A DNA stretch of 64,000 nt from Promethearchaeota archaeon (lineage in GTDB: Archaea; Asgardarchaeota; Lokiarchaeia; Sigyniarchaeales; SOKP01), in assembly GCA_030599585.1 (NCBI GenBank), contig JAUVNS010000017.1:28471-92470 (forward strand), given 5' to 3'. Position numbers and translations under genes: made by a program. Positions within the stretch are counted from its first letter, which is position 1; the number at the start of each line of letters is the position of its first letter. The notes below the pieces were generated by a model, which did not search any database, was not told the DNA's origin, and worked only from the letters and a program-made list of their open reading frames with translations. This document shows positions 20,841 through 32,403 of this stretch, piece after piece.

Positions 20841-22595
20841 TTGATGCATATAACCATAATATCATATAAAAAATTATCACTGTTGCTCATTGTTGTGGGG
20901 ATAGTTTTATCAGCAGTATCTATCCTCTCTGCCGTATCATTGGGGATCACCAGATTGGAATTTTTCAACGAGGAAAATATTGTTTACGAAAAGTTCTCTG
21001 TAAAAATGAGTGATGGCGCGTCAATTAAGGGTGTGCTGTATGTTGATAAGACTCTTTATTCATTTAATAACAACTCCGTTCCTATGATATTAATGTTAAA
21101 TGGTATAAATGCACGAAAAGAGGATAACATAAATAAAGCATATCAGCTTGTTAAAAGAGGTTTTAGTGTTTTTTCTGTGGAACAAAGAGGTCACGGAGAA
21201 TCAACAGGACCGAGTGGTTTTTTAGGTAAGGAACCATACGATATGGTGGAGGTTTTAGACTATATTGGGAATCAATACAATTTTCCTAACATTTCTCACA
21301 CTGCTTTATTTGCATTTTCTTATGGAGGTGGTATAGGTGCTATTCTTCAAGCCATTGATAGTAGGATCTTTACTACTGTTCTATACCATCCATTAACTTC
21401 TCTGAATTTATTTCTTGATATTTTTCCGTTCCAAAATTTAATTGGAACAACAACTACCATAAACAGGTTAGAAGAGATTCAAGACGCGTTTGATATCGCA
21501 AATGAAACTAATACTGAGAATTTATTGCTTATTCACGGAACTGGTGATACTTTAATATATCCTAATTCAAGTATAGATTTTTACTCTCTGTTAAATGGCG
21601 ATAATAGAACCGATATTGAGTTAAAATTGAGACCTGGATTAAGTCACTCTGCAAATGAATACGATCAAACATCATTAAAATTCTCGCTTGCTTGGTTTCA
21701 GTATTATTACTTTAACTCCTCGATTGATATTTCTAATTTAGAGTCCGAAATTACACATATATATTTATTTCCTTTAGCGTATCCTAAAAGTGATATATCA
21801 GAAAATTCAATTATTATTGCTTCAGTTTTATTTTTTATAGCTATAAGTATTCTTGCAATCAAATTTAAAATCCAGCCCGTTTGGGAGAAGATACCTGGAG
21901 AAAAATCCCCATTCGATGAAAAAATTGCAAATGAGAAATATAAAAAAATGATTATCTATCGTTCTAGTGCTTATCTCCTTACAGCTCTCATAACAGGCAT
22001 TTTTTGCTCAATTTTTAACGTTTCATTAATGTTTGGTTATTTCATCCTCTATCCAATAGTAACTCTAATCATTCTCCTTTTTATACCAAGTGAACTGCAT
22101 TCAAATTGGAAGAATGAATGGAGAAGTTGGATTAAGCACGACTTTTTACTATTTTTCTATACATTTTTAACAATTCTTATTCCTATGGTTCTATTTTTGA
22201 TTATTTACAATTTAAACGCTACAATTATGCTAAAATCGTTCATTCCCATTATAAATACATCGCTGTTCATATCATTAGCGATAGGACTAGGGTCAGGAAT
22301 TATGGATTATATGTATTTAAGAGAATTTAATCCAAAACACACTTATATTTTAATGGTAATACGGTTAGCCTCGTTGTTGATTTTTATCATATTTGTCCCT
22401 ATTCCGCCCTACCCTTTGCTTGGAGGCGTAATTTCACTTATTGGGTTCTTTGCTTTATTTGGAGTATTCACCTTTTACATTAGACAATTGGTTATGTATT
22501 TATCAAAGTTTTATAAAAGCAGTTTGGCGCTTTACTGCTTAGTAATGTGTCCGCTTATTATTTTTTATGTCAAGATTTTTTTTAGAATTGTGTAA
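20841..22595 (+). CDS. Membrane-bound alpha/beta hydrolase with multi-TM C-terminal domain
   Basis: RGHGES, AFSYGG nucleophile elbow, IHGTGD and SH; several C-terminal TM segments. Confidence 0.8.
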   Translation: MMHITIISYKKLSLLLIVVGIVLSAVSILSAVSLGITRLEFFNEENIVYEKFSVKMSDGASIKGVLYVDKTLYSFNNNSVPMILMLNGINARKEDNINKAYQLVKRGFSVFSVEQRGHGESTGPSGFLGKEPYDMVEVLDYIGNQYNFPNISHTALFAFSYGGGIGAILQAIDSRIFTTVLYHPLTSLNLFLDIFPFQNLIGTTTTINRLEEIQDAFDIANETNTENLLLIHGTGDTLIYPNSSIDFYSLLNGDNRTDIELKLRPGLSHSANEYDQTSLKFSLAWFQYYYFNSSIDISNLESEITHIYLFPLAYPKSDISENSIIIASVLFFIAISILAIKFKIQPVWEKIPGEKSPFDEKIANEKYKKMIIYRSSAYLLTALITGIFCSIFNVSLMFGYFILYPIVTLIILLFIPSELHSNWKNEWRSWIKHDFLLFFYTFLTILIPMVLFLIIYNLNATIMLKSFIPIINTSLFISLAIGLGSGIMDYMYLREFNPKHTYILMVIRLASLLIFIIFVPIPPYPLLGGVISLIGFFALFGVFTFYIRQLVMYLSKFYKSSLALYCLVMCPLIIFYVKIFFRIV

Positions 22596-22686
22596 AAAAA
22601 CTCGAGTTTAGAATTTATTATAATTTAATTTAAATTTTCTAAACAGCAATTTAACTTATTAAAATAACAACTTAGTTGCATCAAAG

Positions 22687-23901
22687 TTGACACGATATCT
22701 TAAATCAAAATTTGCGATTTTAATTACAATTTCAGTTTCGTTACTGTTTTCTCTTACGGTATGGTTCAGTGTAAACGCTATTGTAGATCAACTGATAAAT
22801 TTATGGGCGCTAAATGAATATGACATAGCTATACTAAGTATGATACTTATATTTGGATTTGTTACAGGGGGTGTTTTTTCAGCGCTTTTAAATTTGTCAG
22901 ATACAATAAAAACAAAAAACTTCTATAGCCTTTTTGCAGGATTGAGTGCTTTAACTAATTTTTTAGTGATTTTTTCTCCTAATTTTTTATGGTTATTATT
23001 ATTCCGTTTTTTCACGGGTTTTTTTCTCGCTGGTGTTTATCCCACAGCTATGAAGCTTATGGCATCTTGGTTTCAAAAACATCGAGGTTTAGCGGTTGGG
23101 ATATTACTTGGTGCCTTAACTGCAGGGTCTGGACTTCCCTACGTATTTAATATCATAGGTTCGCCTGAATGGCGACTATTATTAAGTATATCATCTCTCC
23201 TGGCTTTAATAGGTTCAGTTTTGATATATCTATTTATTACTGAAGGTCCTTATGTATCCCATGGTGCGAAATTTAAACTCTCAAATTTGAAGGTAATTTG
23301 GGCAAAAAATTCAGTTAAGTACGCAAATTTAGCCTATTTTGGCCATATGTGGGAACTTTATGCTTTTTGGGTTTGGATTCCTGTTTTTCTTAAAGAATCT
23401 TATAATTTGTCTTATCCAAGTGGAGATGCTACATTATTTTTTTCGATTGGAACGTTTATAGTCTTTATTAGTGGTGCTTTAGGTAACGCCTTTGGAGGAT
23501 TGCTCGCCGATCGAATCGGAAGAACAAAATTTAACATTATAATGCTGATCATAAGTGGATCTAGTTCGTTAATAATTGGATTTTTTTTTAATAATACAAT
23601 ATTGGCTTTAATAATTGCTGTAATCTGGGGTATTACTGTTGTTCCAGACTCACCTCAATATTCCGTTATGATAACCGAATTGAGTGATCCGGATTACATT
23701 GGCACTTCTTTAACAGTTCAAACCTCTGTGGGTTTTGGAATTACTTTAATCTCCATAAGGTTGTTGCCTTCCTTTGTACACACGGTAAGTTGGTCATTTG
23801 GATTTACGCTATTAGCTTTAGGTCCTTTAATAGGAATTTTATCTTTGATCCTACTTCGCAAAGAACCTGATTCTACAAAAATAGGTCAAGGTAAAAAATA
23901 A
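22687..23901 (+). CDS. MFS transporter
   Basis: About 12 TM segments; GLLADRIGR and GHMWELYA. Confidence 0.9.
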   Translation: MTRYLKSKFAILITISVSLLFSLTVWFSVNAIVDQLINLWALNEYDIAILSMILIFGFVTGGVFSALLNLSDTIKTKNFYSLFAGLSALTNFLVIFSPNFLWLLLFRFFTGFFLAGVYPTAMKLMASWFQKHRGLAVGILLGALTAGSGLPYVFNIIGSPEWRLLLSISSLLALIGSVLIYLFITEGPYVSHGAKFKLSNLKVIWAKNSVKYANLAYFGHMWELYAFWVWIPVFLKESYNLSYPSGDATLFFSIGTFIVFISGALGNAFGGLLADRIGRTKFNIIMLIISGSSSLIIGFFFNNTILALIIAVIWGITVVPDSPQYSVMITELSDPDYIGTSLTVQTSVGFGITLISIRLLPSFVHTVSWSFGFTLLALGPLIGILSLILLRKEPDSTKIGQGKK

Positions 23902-23975
23902 GTTATAGCTTATAAAATATTAAATTCTATTACATACTCTGTTAAATTAACGTATTTTAATGATTTAAATAGAAA

Positions 23976-24947
23976 TTGATGAAAATGAAGCCTATTATAA
24001 TTAGTTTAGGAGAATTATTAGTCGAGATAATGCGTACGGAAGTTGATGTGCCACACGGGAGAATCGGTTCTTATTATAAAGGTCCATTTCCAAGTGGAGC
24101 TCCTGCCATATTTATAAACACGGCCACTCGGATGTCTAAATCATTTAATTTAACTACAGGTTTTATTGGAGTTGTTGGAAACGATGAATTTGGAGAAGAA
24201 GTTCGTAAAAAATTAAAATCTGATGGTGTTGATATTTCTAAAATACGGATTGATAATTTAAGAACTACTGGAATAGCTTTTAATCAATATAATTCAGATG
24301 GCACTCGAAAATTTATTTTTGCTGTTGGAGCGGCAGGACAAACTTCTCCTGACGATATTAATGAGGAATACTTTTCGAACGTACAAGTTCTTCACATTAT
24401 GGGGAGTTCTCTTTCAATAAGTGAAAGTTCCCGGAAATCATGCTATAAGGCAATTGAGATTGCAAAATCTTTAAATCCACAAACTATTATTTCATTTGAT
24501 CCAAATTTACGACCAGAAATGTTAGATATTAAGACGATTATCGAAATTTCTAAACCAGTATTAGACAAGACTACCATATTATTCCCAAGTGGGGAAGAAG
24601 CAGAAATGCTAGCTGGTATTAAAGGTGCTGAAAAAGCTTGTAAAAAATTGCTGGAAATGGGACCCAAAATAGTAGTCTTAAAACAAGGAAAAGATGGTTG
24701 CACCATATATTCTTCAGAAGATACTAATGGAATTAAAATTAAAGGGTTTGAAGTAGAAGAAATTGACCCTACTGGCGCAGGAGACTCGTTTGATGGTGCC
24801 TTTATAGTTGGATATTTAGCGGGGTGGGATTTAAAAAGAATTGGAATGTTTGCAAATGCCACTGGAGCTTTGAAAGTTCAGTTTTTTGGACCTATGGCTA
24901 ATGATACATATGAAGATGTATTGAAATTAATGGATAAGAAGATTTAG
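23976..24947 (+). CDS. PfkB-family sugar kinase
   Basis: GVVGNDEFG, FDPNLR and DPTGAGDSF. Confidence 0.93.
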   Translation: MMKMKPIIISLGELLVEIMRTEVDVPHGRIGSYYKGPFPSGAPAIFINTATRMSKSFNLTTGFIGVVGNDEFGEEVRKKLKSDGVDISKIRIDNLRTTGIAFNQYNSDGTRKFIFAVGAAGQTSPDDINEEYFSNVQVLHIMGSSLSISESSRKSCYKAIEIAKSLNPQTIISFDPNLRPEMLDIKTIIEISKPVLDKTTILFPSGEEAEMLAGIKGAEKACKKLLEMGPKIVVLKQGKDGCTIYSSEDTNGIKIKGFEVEEIDPTGAGDSFDGAFIVGYLAGWDLKRIGMFANATGALKVQFFGPMANDTYEDVLKLMDKKI

Positions 24948-24963
24948 TTTTTCTTAATTAGGC

Positions 24964-26946
24964 TTACTTTAAATGTAGAGAAAATACTTTAGCAGCTATT
25001 ATTTGATCATTTTTAATCGTATAGTATCTAAATCCGGGGGGTTTAAATTTGAATTTAGCAGAAAGGGGACCAACTGCTTGCGTTTGAAATACAAAGGGCT
25101 TATTAACATCGAACCATATCTTTAAATCGAGTAGGTTTTTGAATTCTTTAAATTTATCCCGATATCGTGAGGTGTAAATTTCACATGGTACCTCAATGTA
25201 AATAGGAAAAAACCAAAAACCAAAATTAATCCTATCTGTTTTTTTAGCTTCTCTTAACCTGTACTCTTTTAAGGTGTGAGTATGCCCACACACTACAAGA
25301 TCTACTTTTCTTCTAATGACTTTATCTGAACCGGTAAAAATTCTCAAAATTGTTGACCAGTTATACATAATTGTTTGATATTTGAGGTTTAATATCGTAT
25401 CCAATCTTCCAGTTTCATTATAGCTTCTTAAATTACTCTCGTAGAAGTCTGACCATTTTAATGGTCTATTCTTGATGTTCAATTTTTTTTTATATTTTCT
25501 CCTCTTGTATCGACTAAGGTTTGGGGAAACCGGAGGAGTATGCATAACTACTATAATTTTTTCATTATGAGCTATTTGAATAAAGGCACGTAATAAATCT
25601 ACTTGGTATTCTTTAATTCCTTTCGTACTTGGCCCGCCTTTTAATAAGTCATGCATATCTGCAATTGAATCTTGACCTGTATCAAGGAATATAAAATTGT
25701 AATGTTTTCCTATCTTAAGATTAAAGTTGAGATTTGGATTGATATATCTAAAATAGTCTTTCAAATATTTGTCATGAGATCTAAGAGCGGTGAAGTAGTT
25801 AAAGAATTTAGTATCGTAATAGCCTTTTACATCTTTATGAGTCATGCCAAATATTCTATGAATTTGACCAAAACGCATTCCATAGTGGTTTGACCTATAG
25901 TCATGATTACCAATTGTTGTAAAAATAGGTACCATAATTTCTTGGGAATTAACATACTCATCATCAGAACCTAAAAACGGTGGTTTATCCAATCCTTTAT
26001 TTCTTCCGAGTAAAATATCTAAAAAGACAATGTAATTGTTCTTATATTGATAGTTTCCTCTCGCTATGGTTAAATAATCTATTAAATCCCCAGTCATAAG
26101 CATGAAATCCAAGTTCTTCTGCGAGGATTTTGTGTTTGCAAAACTAATTAACTTTCTCAGATTGGAATTGAAGTTAAATTTAGCTTTTCGTAAATCTTCC
26201 CATCGATCTTCTTGAAACTCTTCTTTAAATTCAAAATCTCTTGTGAGAACAAATGTATCTACTTTTTTTTTTTTTTCATTAGTTTTACATCGCTCGATCT
26301 TAATCCTTGCCTTATCTTTTAGATAATGTAAGATGAAGTCATTTCTTCGAGCAATATGGAAGTCAGTAGCGTGAATGAAACTGAAATCATTCCAATCTTT
26401 ATTAAAAATAGCGATGCTGTGGTAATTAACCTTGTTCTCGGTTAAATTAGGGATATCGTGTACGATGTCAAATAAAAGAAAATCTCTAGTATTAGTTTTT
26501 AGCATTTTCTCAATGCTCAAGATGTCCCGAATTTCTACTTTAATTCTATAGAGTTCTTTCCTTTTTCCAAATACATCGTCAAATTGAAATACACTATTGT
26601 TGATATCCCATACAATACAATTCTCTTCTTCTAAAACGGGTTGATCTCTGAAATCTAATTTTTCAATTTTTTCGATTTGAACTAAATGTAGGTCAATTAA
26701 GGTTCCTCTTCTCTTTTCAAAATCGCCACTCGCTTTTAAAATTGGTTGAATAAATAAATTTTGGTGAAAATGTTCCAAAATATTTTGAGTTGAATGGGAT
26801 TTAGATGCAATAACGAGGGCTTCGAACGATAAATTCTTAATTGGAAACTGAGCGGGCTCTTGATAATCCCTTAAATTTAGTAATATTGGTTTGCCTATAT
26901 TTGGTGATATAATTATGGGATATAATCCTAATTTTAGGTCAATCAT
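24964..26946 (-). CDS. Calcineurin-like metallophosphoesterase with long N-terminal extension
   Basis: HATDFH, TGDLID, GNHD, MHTPP and CGHTH. Confidence 0.85.
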   Translation of the reverse strand: MIDLKLGLYPIIISPNIGKPILLNLRDYQEPAQFPIKNLSFEALVIASKSHSTQNILEHFHQNLFIQPILKASGDFEKRRGTLIDLHLVQIEKIEKLDFRDQPVLEEENCIVWDINNSVFQFDDVFGKRKELYRIKVEIRDILSIEKMLKTNTRDFLLFDIVHDIPNLTENKVNYHSIAIFNKDWNDFSFIHATDFHIARRNDFILHYLKDKARIKIERCKTNEKKKKVDTFVLTRDFEFKEEFQEDRWEDLRKAKFNFNSNLRKLISFANTKSSQKNLDFMLMTGDLIDYLTIARGNYQYKNNYIVFLDILLGRNKGLDKPPFLGSDDEYVNSQEIMVPIFTTIGNHDYRSNHYGMRFGQIHRIFGMTHKDVKGYYDTKFFNYFTALRSHDKYLKDYFRYINPNLNFNLKIGKHYNFIFLDTGQDSIADMHDLLKGGPSTKGIKEYQVDLLRAFIQIAHNEKIIVVMHTPPVSPNLSRYKRRKYKKKLNIKNRPLKWSDFYESNLRSYNETGRLDTILNLKYQTIMYNWSTILRIFTGSDKVIRRKVDLVVCGHTHTLKEYRLREAKKTDRINFGFWFFPIYIEVPCEIYTSRYRDKFKEFKNLLDLKIWFDVNKPFVFQTQAVGPLSAKFKFKPPGFRYYTIKNDQIIAAKVFSLHLK

Positions 26947-27063
26947 ATGTAACTCGATAAAAATTAGAAGAAATTAACTTAATAATTATTATTTGATTTC
27001 TTACATTAAAATAATTTAGTTACAATAATTTTCACATAAGAATTTCTTGAAAAGTGTTTTTAC

Positions 27064-28533
27064 ATGGAAAGATTATACCAGCCAGATTTTAGTTCTATTT
27101 TTGGGGCAAAATATGCAAATGCGTTTACCTATGGACAAATTGATTCTTTAATATGGCCAATTTTTAACGATATCGAAGGATCCAAAGCTTTAATAAAACT
27201 TTTAGAACTAAAAAATCACGACGGGAGAAGTTACTTTTATAATAGAAAAATAAGTATTGAAGATGAGAAAGTAGAGTTGTTTTCCTCAAATGTTAAAAAC
27301 GGATTTGTTCAAGCAATGGATTTAAATAAATCTTATGGGATTACCAATGACGATGTTTTATCTGTCGTAGGAAGTGACCCTGAGATCTTTAAAGGAATTT
27401 TATCTTTTAATCTTGAGAACAGTGCTATCGCAGATTTAGAATCAAAAGCAAATCAAATTCCTGTTGTTGGAGTTGTTCTTTATCCCTCTTTTTGCAAAAT
27501 TGATATAACTGATGTTAATAACCAGAATTTACTTGAATTACTTAACTATTGTAAAAAAAAGGAATACTTCGTGAAAATTGATGTAGGAAATATGAATCTA
27601 CCAGAAAATTACGCTGAATATACGACATATGATAAAGTTAAGTCGTTTTTATCAAGAAATCCAGAAATTATCTTCGTTTTAAGTGGATTGGATATTTCAG
27701 GAGATTTTAATCTGTATTACCAGCTATTAAAATTGTACAATAACTTATGGATTGAGATGGATCCGCGAAATTTTGGAGGAATGACACCAACTGATTGTTT
27801 TACGGAACTTTTCTCAATAAAAGGATTTATTCAAAATGCTTGGCACAGGATAATAATAGGAAGTGCGACACCCACCTTGGAAATATCTCAGATGAAGAGA
27901 GGATTCTTGGAAGCAACAGAAATTTTAAATTTTCCACAGAGAAATTTGTTGAAAAGTTGGGCTTTTAGAAACGCTAATAGGTTATGTCTTGCTATATTTG
28001 AGCCTATAATCGATCCAAACTTGTTTGGAGCCGTTAAAGAAATAAAAAAAATTAAACAAATTGAAAATGATAACGATGTAATTATTTCATATAATGTAAA
28101 GTTGAGAAGTTTTGCTATTACTCAATTATTATTTATCACAGACCTAATAAAAAATCTCTATAAATCTTGTTTAGAAAAAAACCCTCATTTTACTGATGGG
28201 GAAATATTTATCAGATCCTACCATACAACTGTTAGTTTAATTATCAACGAGCATGAATTCGGTAATTATCTTGATATGCATTATAAGTTTGCAGAAATTT
28301 CTTCAAGGGATAGCTCTCAATTTCTACATACCGTAAGGGCCCTAGAGAACCGCCCTGATTTCAACCACTTTGATCATGATATGGCAAATGAATATAGCAA
28401 TCGACAATTAATTTTACCCGTTCTTGATGGTGAAATTAAAATTGGCGGGCGGGAAAATTTTTATGCTTTAGTAACTTTTGGTCCTAGAACATTTAACATT
28501 CACATCAAGATTAAGCTAACTAAAGGTAAATAA
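27064..28533 (+). CDS. Fusion of a degenerate amidohydrolase-like TIM barrel and a YjbQ/UPF0047 domain
   Basis: N-part VVGVVLYP...RIIIGS...NANR. C-part SYHTTVSLIINE...LILPVLDGEIKIGGRENF...GPR. Confidence 0.7.
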   Translation: MERLYQPDFSSIFGAKYANAFTYGQIDSLIWPIFNDIEGSKALIKLLELKNHDGRSYFYNRKISIEDEKVELFSSNVKNGFVQAMDLNKSYGITNDDVLSVVGSDPEIFKGILSFNLENSAIADLESKANQIPVVGVVLYPSFCKIDITDVNNQNLLELLNYCKKKEYFVKIDVGNMNLPENYAEYTTYDKVKSFLSRNPEIIFVLSGLDISGDFNLYYQLLKLYNNLWIEMDPRNFGGMTPTDCFTELFSIKGFIQNAWHRIIIGSATPTLEISQMKRGFLEATEILNFPQRNLLKSWAFRNANRLCLAIFEPIIDPNLFGAVKEIKKIKQIENDNDVIISYNVKLRSFAITQLLFITDLIKNLYKSCLEKNPHFTDGEIFIRSYHTTVSLIINEHEFGNYLDMHYKFAEISSRDSSQFLHTVRALENRPDFNHFDHDMANEYSNRQLILPVLDGEIKIGGRENFYALVTFGPRTFNIHIKIKLTKGK

Positions 28534-28971
28534 CCCTATAAAATTTATCCAATCTATTGTTATAATGCAATTATCAAGCACAATAGATTAAAAATCCATT
28601 GAACATTCTAAGTTCACAAATATCTTCTAAATTTATCAAGAATATTCTAATTGGGCTACATACTATTAAATTCTACTATTAAACGGTGGTATCAATTTTT
28701 TATCTTTCTATAGATACTCCTATATAAATTTATTGCTTGAAATAGAGACGAAATACCCCCAAAAGAAAATAAACTCAAAAGTTTAAATATTTGTAATAAG
28801 TATATTTTATAAAGAAGTAAGTGAGTTGGAGAAAATGAATTCTGATTTGTGTCAACATTTAGTTGAACAAAAAAAAGCCAATTTTTTACTTTATAATAAA
28901 TATTAAATTATAGAATCCCAATTCTCCTTTTATTGAATGAAATTCAAAAAATCCTAAAATAAAACTATAAT

Positions 28972-30420
28972 ATGACTGACGAGATCAAAGAGACGGAAAA
29001 AGCAGAAGAGAAGTCTGAAAAAGACATTGATAAAATAGACAAAGAATACTTATCAAAAGCTAAAAATTCCAGAGATCTCATTGATAAGAAACTTAGAACC
29101 TTTGAAGATAGCATTGAAAACATCTCTGACACTATAAAAAATGGTGATACTGAACCGGAGAAAAAGGAGAGGAAACCTGAGAAAATAAGCGAAGAAGTTC
29201 GAGAAGCCCAAATAAAGTTAGATTCAATTCAAGCTAAAATTGATGATAAGGAAGAATACTTAACTGCGATTGAGGAGACCATTAAAACGCTTGAAGAGAG
29301 ATATAACCACAAAAATGAAGATATGCAAAATTTAGAAGAACGTTTTGAAATTGTTACGGAAAGTAAAGATACTCTAGAAGAGGAGTATAAAGAACTCTTA
29401 AGGAATAACGAGCAATTAGTTCATACTTTTGAAACTAGACAAGTTGATTTAATTGTACTTACAGATAGTGTTAAAGAAAAGGTTTCTAATCAAGAAGAAT
29501 TCCGCTCTAAACTTGTCAAATTAAATCAAGAAATTCAAGAGAAAGAGTCTTTACTTGAGAGACAAGGAGAAAATGCGGAAGCTTTAGAGAAAAAAATCAA
29601 GAGTCTAACGGCTGAAAACGAGACTCTAAAAGTTTCAATCGTTAAAAATAAGTTTGAATTAGATCACACAAACAACGAAATTGAAGTTAAAGAAGAAGAG
29701 AAGAAGCTTTTATCCGAGCAAATTGAAAAAAACGAAACTCGCATTAAAATTATAGAAAGAAACATTGAGGATTATAAAGATGGTTTTCCTGAAATGGAAA
29801 AACAAAGAGAAACGTACGAAGAACTAATCGCAAAATATAAAATTCAACTCTCTGAAAAACAGGAGTTATTAATTGATGTTGAATCTAAAATTCAACAGCA
29901 TAATGACGTAATAAACTCTATTGATGAACAGATTTTAAGTAAAGAAAATCTAGTAAAAGCTAATGAGATAAGATTAGAAGATTTAAAAAAAGATATTGAG
30001 GTTACTAGTCTAGAGTATGCTGAGAGAGAGGAAAGAATGGCTTCTCTCGATGAAAAATTAAGTTATATGAATGTAGAGCATGAAAAACTTGTAAAATCTA
30101 AGGAAGTAATAGACCTCAGTACAAATGATGCTAAACTCCTTCTTCAAAAGCTAAAACTTGAGCTCGATACGCAAGAGGAGGAAATTCGAGATAAAGAAAG
30201 TAGAATTCATCGGTTAGAATTCCTCTCATTAGTTTACAGATTATCAAAATTTTTTGGTGGGATTCTTATTGGTGTAGGAATTCTTATAATAATTGTAGTA
30301 CTTTTTGGCCTTACGGGAATATTAAATTTCGCTGATATTGAAATATTGCTTTTTATCATACTTATAATAGCTGGAATCTTCTCAGTTGTTAGTGGAATCT
30401 TTCATTTGGAGAAATCATAA
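28972..30420 (+). CDS. Long coiled-coil protein with two C-terminal TM helices
   Basis: About 400 aa of E/K/L heptad-rich sequence followed by two hydrophobic helices. Confidence 0.8.
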   Translation: MTDEIKETEKAEEKSEKDIDKIDKEYLSKAKNSRDLIDKKLRTFEDSIENISDTIKNGDTEPEKKERKPEKISEEVREAQIKLDSIQAKIDDKEEYLTAIEETIKTLEERYNHKNEDMQNLEERFEIVTESKDTLEEEYKELLRNNEQLVHTFETRQVDLIVLTDSVKEKVSNQEEFRSKLVKLNQEIQEKESLLERQGENAEALEKKIKSLTAENETLKVSIVKNKFELDHTNNEIEVKEEEKKLLSEQIEKNETRIKIIERNIEDYKDGFPEMEKQRETYEELIAKYKIQLSEKQELLIDVESKIQQHNDVINSIDEQILSKENLVKANEIRLEDLKKDIEVTSLEYAEREERMASLDEKLSYMNVEHEKLVKSKEVIDLSTNDAKLLLQKLKLELDTQEEEIRDKESRIHRLEFLSLVYRLSKFFGGILIGVGILIIIVVLFGLTGILNFADIEILLFIILIIAGIFSVVSGIFHLEKS

Positions 30421-30481
30421 TTGGATGCTTTTTTAATAATAAGATCCTTTAATTATAAAATAATAAATTCCAAAAAGAAAA

Positions 30482-32353
30482 TTGAACGAAACCAAACCTA
30501 AGGAAGTTCTACCCAAAAGAACTCTAAAATTGTCCCACGCGGTAGTATATGGTATAGGATGTGGAATTGGTGGTTCCATTTTCGTACTGTTAGGATTGGG
30601 GATTGAAATTGCTGGATCAGGTTTACTTTTAAGCTTGTTATTAGGTGGAATTTTAATATTCTTCACTGGGTTGAATTATGCTGAACTCTCAACAAGCTTA
30701 CCTATGGCGGGTGGTGCGTATAACTTTGGAAAAGAAGGAATAGGGGGGTTCTTAGCTTTTATAATTGGCTTCTTCTTATGGATTGCAAATGTTGCTATGT
30801 GTGCATTTTCGGCTCAAATTTTTGCTCTCGTGTTTAATGAAGTTTTTGCTAAATTTAATATAGCAATTCCAGTCACTGTTCTAACCTTAATATCAATTTT
30901 ACCAGTACTACTAACAAGCTTAATTATTTTTAGAACACAGAAAATAGCAATTAGAACCTTATTACTATTCACATTTATTCTAATCGCGTTGTTCGCATTC
31001 TTTATTGTTTCAGGATTATTTATTGCCCCAATTACTAATCCAACTTTTACATTGCCCCAAATTAAATTTGAGGGGATTCTACCTGCTTTTTTATTATTAT
31101 TTATATTATTTACTTCAATTACTTCAAATTTAGCGTATCTCAATCCAGAATTAAAAAACCCTTCAAAGAATATTCCTAAAACTATTATGTATGCTATTTT
31201 AATAACACTTGTTTTATACATCTCAATTACATTTGTCGTGCTAATAGATCTTGGAGAAAATCCTACAGGTCTAAGTGGAAATCCTGTGTTGTTAGCGGAC
31301 ATATTGGAGGGCGTGATTGGACCGTTTGGGTTTTTAATTATGGTTATAGCGGCTATTATTTCAACGTTAATAGCTATTAATTCGTCATTAGGATCTGCTG
31401 TTAGTGTTATATCAGCTTTAGCAAGAGATCGATTTTTTCCAGAAAAAATAAGAAAAACCAAAACAAAATCTGATATGCCCGTTTTTGGATTAATGATATC
31501 CGTGATTTTGACTCTCCTTTTCACAATTTTTGCAGGTATTGGATTTACTGCCGAAATTACTAATTTCATCTATTTCTTTGCACTTGCATTTGTAAATTAT
31601 GCTGCTGTAAAACTACGACGTAAAAGAAAGGAATTAGATCGTCCATTTAAAGCTCCATTCTATCCCGTATTACCAATTTTTCTTTTTATATGCTTCATAG
31701 TTTTTGCAGTTGTACTAGGTATAATAATCTCTTTGGAAGCGTTAATTCTTGGCTTAATTATCTTAATAATAGGTTTTACTTACGAATTATTAGTGATTAG
31801 TGACAAAGCATCAATTAATTTTACGCTGTCAGGGATAAAATTTTTCTTTTCAATCATTATAGGCCTTTTTATATGGGTTATTAACAATTTTTCGGTTGTT
31901 TTTCCAGAGATAATATTAATTAATAGAATCTTAATCATTTTGTGTGTATTCACACTCATTACAGTTATTTTTGATTTATTGCCTTTAAGAGAATTGGCTT
32001 ATTATTACGTTAAATTTGTAGATAAGGAAAAAGTCGCAATTAATATTGGCAAAGCTCAGATCATAGATTTAGGCAAAAAGAGATCTCAAACTATTCACTA
32101 CATAAATTTACTGATAGCATTTTTGCAATTTAGCGCTGGTGGTGTTATACTAATAATTGTTTTTATGTTAGTAAACCAAAGCGTTGCTGTCCAAGATATT
32201 ATTTTTACTCTAGGGGTTAACGTTTCTATTATTCCTAGTTTGGCGGGATCAACGCTTTTAACAATCATATTATTTATTTTTGGTTTGACTCTTCTCATAT
32301 GCGGTATGCTATCATGGTACCGGAATAAAGAAATAAAATCGCTTGGAATTTAA
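30482..32353 (+). CDS. APC-family amino acid permease with extra C-terminal TM helices
   Basis: GIGGSIF, YAELSTSLPMAGGAY, ELKNP, ALARD and RPFKAP. Confidence 0.9.
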   Translation: MNETKPKEVLPKRTLKLSHAVVYGIGCGIGGSIFVLLGLGIEIAGSGLLLSLLLGGILIFFTGLNYAELSTSLPMAGGAYNFGKEGIGGFLAFIIGFFLWIANVAMCAFSAQIFALVFNEVFAKFNIAIPVTVLTLISILPVLLTSLIIFRTQKIAIRTLLLFTFILIALFAFFIVSGLFIAPITNPTFTLPQIKFEGILPAFLLLFILFTSITSNLAYLNPELKNPSKNIPKTIMYAILITLVLYISITFVVLIDLGENPTGLSGNPVLLADILEGVIGPFGFLIMVIAAIISTLIAINSSLGSAVSVISALARDRFFPEKIRKTKTKSDMPVFGLMISVILTLLFTIFAGIGFTAEITNFIYFFALAFVNYAAVKLRRKRKELDRPFKAPFYPVLPIFLFICFIVFAVVLGIIISLEALILGLIILIIGFTYELLVISDKASINFTLSGIKFFFSIIIGLFIWVINNFSVVFPEIILINRILIILCVFTLITVIFDLLPLRELAYYYVKFVDKEKVAINIGKAQIIDLGKKRSQTIHYINLLIAFLQFSAGGVILIIVFMLVNQSVAVQDIIFTLGVNVSIIPSLAGSTLLTIILFIFGLTLLICGMLSWYRNKEIKSLGI

Positions 32354-32403
32354 TCTCTGAGAATTAACAATTTTATAATACGGTATGATATTATTTTAAG
32401 AAC

